NCBI GenBank assembly: GCA_951406725.2
Contig: OX597837.1
Coordinates: 18,476,001-18,540,000 of the forward strand
Origin: Octopus vulgaris
Taxonomy: Eukaryota
Direction of reading: 5' to 3'
Length of the DNA stretch: 64,000 nucleotides
The notes beneath the pieces are model-generated. The model worked only from the letters and a program-made list of their open reading frames with translations. It was not told the DNA's origin and made no database searches. This document shows, piece by piece, positions 58,869 to 64,000 of this stretch (position 1 is the stretch's first letter; each line of letters starts with the position of its first letter). Position numbers and translations under genes: made by a program.

Positions 58869-58946
58869 AGCTCTGATGAAACTGTAAGGCACCCAGGCAC
58901 TCAACTATGAGTCCACCACATCTTATAGTGGAAACAGTTGTAAGCT
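58869..58946 (+). ncRNA. Type I hammerhead ribozyme motif in a (TA)n-flanked element (about 58741-58995)
   Basis: AGCT-CTGATGA-a-ACTGTAAG...CTTATAGT-g-GAAAC-AGTT-GTA-AGCT. Confidence 0.65.
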
Positions 58947-60562
58947 ATTGGTGTTCGTAATATAATTGTTCATTCCTTTCTCACTTTTCTCATATAATAT
59001 ATATATATATATATATATATACATACACACGCATATAATGTATACACATTACACACACTATTGTCTTTTTAAATAAAGTGGGTGGGATAATTTTTGAATA
59101 TTTGGAGGCATGGAATATGTAGTGTCTGGGGAAATATATATCTGTAGGCCACATCTCATTGTTCATTTATTTTTCCTGTGTGTGCAAACCAATGAGGAGG
59201 TCTCTTGCAGTCATTTAACAATGCTAGAAATAGCATCCAATGTGATTGTTAATGAACGTATCCCTGTCACTTCTGATGTATGAGTGTTCTGTTGTTGGAT
59301 CAACTAAACGACCAGCTAATTGAATCAGTGTGTAAGTGGCTGAGTATTCCTTTGATGTGTTCTCTTAATGTAACTCTCAAGCAGAATAGTGTGGCAGTGT
59401 GTGACAAGGCTGGACCTTTCAATTACAGCTACAATTCATGAAAGGCTTCCTCACAGTTTCAATCTACCCAATTTTACTCATAAGACTTGGGTTGACCCAA
59501 GGCTATGCTAAATGACACCTGCTCAAGATGCCATGCTGTAGGATTGAACCTAGTACCTTGTGATTGCAAAGTGAACTTAACCATTTGTCCAAGCTCTGTC
59601 TGATTCCTGGTGTACTGTTATACTGCATCTGTAAAAAAAAAAAATAAGACAATCGCAGTTGTGCCTTCAACCATGAGTCTAATCAGTCAACCTAGGGCTG
59701 AACAGTAATTCTCTAGCTATGTAAGTCAATGAAGAAAACTCTGTGCAGTTGTTGCTCTGCTAGAAATAGCATCAATAAGCACACTGTGTTCTCTTGAAAA
59801 AAAATCAGGCACACATTAGCTAGCGTAGATTACCCTAAACGTTTGCCTCTGAAGTATCTCTGATCATAGGCCTGCAGGAATAGTGTTCACCTAGGTTCTG
59901 AACAAAAGAATGAACCAACAAGAGAGCTTTTCTGTGTGGGTGCTTGATCTGCCAGAAATAGCAGCTAAATCTTTCTCAAATTATATTCTGCTGTCTTCAA
60001 AAAAGAAGTGTACATCAGATTATGTAGGCACAAAAGCATTATGTCTAAACAAGTAAGATGGGATGGTCACAGATGGAATGCTTTTTGTTCGTATTTCTTT
60101 ATCTTCATTATTTCTATTCCACATTAGATTCTTACAATTTTTACAATTGGTCTGTCTATAGACAATCCCAGTAGCATATCAGTTTGTTTAGCTCCTCACT
60201 TGTCTTTTCTCCTTTACTGGAAGAGGAGAGACTCTTTAAGTGGTCCTCTTTTCACTGAGCAACACTGCTGATTCTGAAAGAGAGAGAGTTGAACTTGGTA
60301 TTGATTGCTACTTTATTTACATGAAAAGATGAAGGGCAAAGTTGACCATAGAAGGATTTAGATTGAGTGCAGAGAACCAAATCAAGTTTACCTCCAGGCA
60401 TTCTGTGCCATGCTCTAATGACTGCTATTTTGTTGCCTCTTACCACCATAGCTCTGCTCAATCAATACTTACCTGGAGCTAAACAACAACAATTCTGTTA
60501 TCTAAAGGTATTTTAATGCCTGGCTGACAATAACAACACAATTTACCTTTCTTTAATTGTAG

Positions 60563-60669
60563 GTTCAGGTTTAGTTGTGAGTTGGGACCAAAACACTGAG
60601 ACATTGTTTACCACAGGTGATGCACGTATCATAAGAATATGGGACATTCATCGAGAAATGAAAACACAG
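60563..60669 (+). CDS. RPTOR: Raptor exon (WD40)
   Basis: tag|(G)SGLVVSWDQNTETLFTTGDARIIRIWDIHREMKTQ|gtaaaa; phase 1/0. Confidence 0.96.
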
Positions 60670-61199
60670 GTAAAAGTCATGTTGCATTCTGCTTTTATGT
60701 TGCTATATGTCTTCTCTTTTTCCTACCCTTCTAAATTATTGTTTCATTTTTAATGCTGTCTCCTCACTCAACTTATACTGCGTCTCCAATGGCTTCTGTT
60801 TAAGCCTACCCATTTCATTCATCTCTTGCCATCCACATTGTGCCCTGTCTTCTTTAGTTCTCTACTAACCATTTTGTTTTGTCTTTCATCCACAGAACAT
60901 TAACCTTCTGAAATTATCTCTCTCCTTTGGTTTTGGAGGGCCTTACAAGTTAATTTTGTAGTCCATCTTGGGATCTTCTTCATCAAAAATTGAAAACACA
61001 GATAAAACAGTATTTTCTTACTGTTGCTTACATGCACCTGTACTGCGTATTTGTTCTCTTTTTTTATCTATCCTTCCTTGTCATCATTTTATTGCTTTTG
61101 TGTTGAACTAATCTGTTTTTAGCACATATTCATAGACTTTATTATTTTCATTCCCACACCCACACACTAAATTCCTCACTAGACTCTCTGCCAACTTTT

Positions 61200-62095
61200 A
61201 CCTTACTGACAGTTTCTCTGTACGTGGCTTGCACAGTTATCATGACCACTCTTTGTGGTCACCAAACTACAGAGTTTGGTACTTAGTCAAAGACTTTCTC
61301 CACATCAGTGAATGCTATGTATAGTAATTCTTAGCTAAGACCTTCTATGAAGAAGGTATCAATGGTACTCATTCCGACACAGGCCCAAGCTGCATCTCAT
61401 CTCAGTTAATTTTCATCTTCCTAATCAGTTTTTCAATAACTCCTACTCTGACTTTTTATAACTTTCCCCATCAGTTTCCCCAGCTGCCTCTGCAGTTGCT
61501 TCTTTCTAAAGCATCTCCTTCATGTTTTTAGCAGTTGCTAATAATGGTGTTATGCTAGTTATTGGATGTGATACCTCCCTGTACCATTTGATGCACTGTG
61601 TGAGTGACTTGTGCAGGCTCTACTTGGCCAGTTTTCAGCATCCCTGACAATTCAGCTACTTTCCCTACCTTCATATTCTTAATCATGCTTTCAGTTATAC
61701 AGCTGTCCACCTCAGTAGCTGGTATCCCTGTTGGTTTCACCTGGGATAGATTGTCTGTCTTTTTTTATGCATTTTTAATACTCAGTGACTTATAGTAATA
61801 TTTTCTTGGTGTCACTGATGGTAAATGTGCTATTGTTATTCTAAGCACACTTTATCCCATACTGACCCACTGCTCTGCAATCTGGAACACTTCCAGTGTC
61901 TGATTCTTTTGTTATTGACAAACCTCTTACTTTGAGCTTCCCTCTCTGTTCTAAATACTTCATATCTAAACTGTTGTTTCTTGCTCCTCACTTGTCTTCC
62001 AATCTTTCTGGGTCTGTCTTGTAACGTTTATGGTTCTGTCTATTGTACCATTCCGCTACCATGTCACTGTCCATTTGGTTGGCATCTTACTATAA
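61200..62095 (-). mobile_element. Highly decayed RTE LINE fragment
   Basis: Resembles the 29400-30400 RTE region (gcatctcatct, aaagcatctcctt, cagttgct; IKNMKVGKVA...). Confidence 0.65.
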
Positions 62096-63001
62096 ATAAT
62101 TTCCACGTTGTTGGGAAACAAGCTTTTTAACCACACAGCCAACCAACACCTTATATATGTGTGTGTCTGTCTGTCTGTATGTATGTATGTTTGTATGTAT
62201 GTATCAATCAATCACCCTTACCTGTACAATCCTAGGAAAGGAAAGCAAATTAATCAGGGTAGTGACAATGAATGGGGGTGAGGCATGACTGTGGCTCTTC
62301 TCATATTGCCTTATGCTTAACTAATGCCTTGTAAGCAGAATTAGCCAATGGAGACTGCATGTAAGCCCATTGCATGTACATGTATGCATATGTATGTGTG
62401 TGCATATGCACATATATGCATATGTATGTGAGAAGTGTCACATCTGCTTCTTCACATGAAATTGTCTGCACAAAGAAAATGGTGTTGTCTTGTTTCTATT
62501 ACCAATTAATATTACATTCTGTAGTTCTGCATTCTCAAGTTAGTGGTACAATAATAAACCCCTTACCAGTAAAATACAACTGTAAGTAAGTACCTGTCCA
62601 CCCTATACCAGCTTAAAAGAATGCATGGAAAATGAGCAAATGCGTGTGTTCAAGGGGTGTGTGTGCGTGTGAGTATGTGTGCATGTGCTTGTGTGTGTCT
62701 TCACATGGACACCATTCAAGCAACAATGGTGTTAAATTTAAATCTGTAAATAATATATCCTGTAGCTTGGTAGTGTTATTGGTATCATCATGCAAAGACA
62801 GGTACAATAAAAGTACTTTATTTAAAAAAAACAATGATGTTTGAGACTGGAAAAGCATCTGGCCATAGAATATTGCATGAGTAAGTCTTGCCCAACCCAT
62901 GCCAGCTTGTGAGAAGCACATGCAAAAATATATTAACAGTTGAAATTGTGATGTTGCTTTGATGTTGTGGCTGATATGCCTATACACTTCACATGCAACT
63001 T

Positions 63002-63046
<45 letters not shown>

Positions 63047-63417
63047 CTTTTACATGTTTTAGTCATTGGACTGCAAATATGCTGAGGCATTGCCTTGAAG
63101 AGTTTTAGTGAAATAAATCAACCTCTTGTACTTATTTTTAAAGCCTGTTATTGATTTTATATGTCTCTTTGCCAAACTGGTATGTTATGGGGAAATAAAC
63201 AAGCCAATAGTAGTTGCTAAATGGTAGTGGGGTGCACGTGCGTGCACACACACACACTGAAGCTTATTTCAGTTTTTGTCTACCAGATCCACTCAGAAAG
63301 CTTTGGTCAGCTCTGAGTTATAGTGGAAGACACTTGCCCAAGGTGCCACACTGGGACTGAGCAAGGAACTATTTGGTTGGGAAGCAAACTTGGTGCATAC
63401 AGCCATGCCTGTGCCTG

Positions 63418-63455
<38 letters not shown>

Positions 63456-63897
63456 CTTTTTTCAGCTGGGGTACCCATTTACCTTAACTGCAAGACACCT
63501 GCTTCTGTCTCTCTATCATACTCTAACCTCTCATCACTTGGCGACAAAGCTACTTTCCTCAATGCTATTCCTCGCTTAGTTGAGGGTCTTGTCCTTGGTT
63601 GAGTGGGGTCTTGTCATGCAAGTTACTTAGTGACTTTGCTGGTACTGGTAACACTTAAAATGCACCCAGTACACTCTGTAAAGTAGTTGGCATTAGGAAG
63701 GGCATCTAACCATAGAAACCCTGTCAAAGCAAACGAGAGCTTGGTGCAGTTCTCTCTTACTCCTGTCTAACTATGTAACCTATACCAGCATGAAAGGAGA
63801 ACATGTGTATAATGATGATATATGTATTGAATTTTTGTTGATGTTTACAAGATTCCCTTTTTCTTTGTATCTCATTAAAACTGTATTTCATTGACAG

Positions 63898-64000
63898 GAT
63901 TTACTCACTGGTGCTGACAGTTGTGTGACCAGCATCACTTCTGATCCTTCCAACATGGCTGTGTTGGTAGCAGGTTGTGGTGATGGTTCTGTACGTGTCT
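63898..64000 (+). CDS. RPTOR: Raptor exon (WD40), truncated by the window end
   Basis: cag|DLLTGADSCVTSITSDPSNMAVLVAGCGDGSVRV. Confidence 0.96.

Overview
AT-rich eukaryotic genomic DNA, most likely from an octopus or other coleoid cephalopod (inferred from the repeat families). The whole window lies inside one + strand gene, Raptor (RPTOR, the mTORC1 scaffold). I traced 25 GT-AG coding exons from 1431 to the window end that splice into one open frame of 3445 nt (1148 codons). They cover the RNC/caspase-like domain, the HEAT/armadillo repeats, an expanded S/R-rich linker and the first WD40 repeats; start and stop codons lie outside the window. The introns hold tRNA-derived SINEs, RTE LINE remnants, two mariner fossils, MITEs, a Gypsy pol remnant, a 7.3 kb microsatellite block and a 21-bp minisatellite. 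The most interesting signal is a set of short elements carrying minimal type I hammerhead ribozyme motifs, several built as inverted repeats with Penelope-like architecture, including a tRNA-headed, hammerhead-containing family present twice. Also notable: a 97-bp copy of a Raptor exon fused to a minisatellite unit, and a near-perfect 187-bp fold-back inside an old LINE. All homology calls are from recall, not database searches, and repeat boundaries are approximate.
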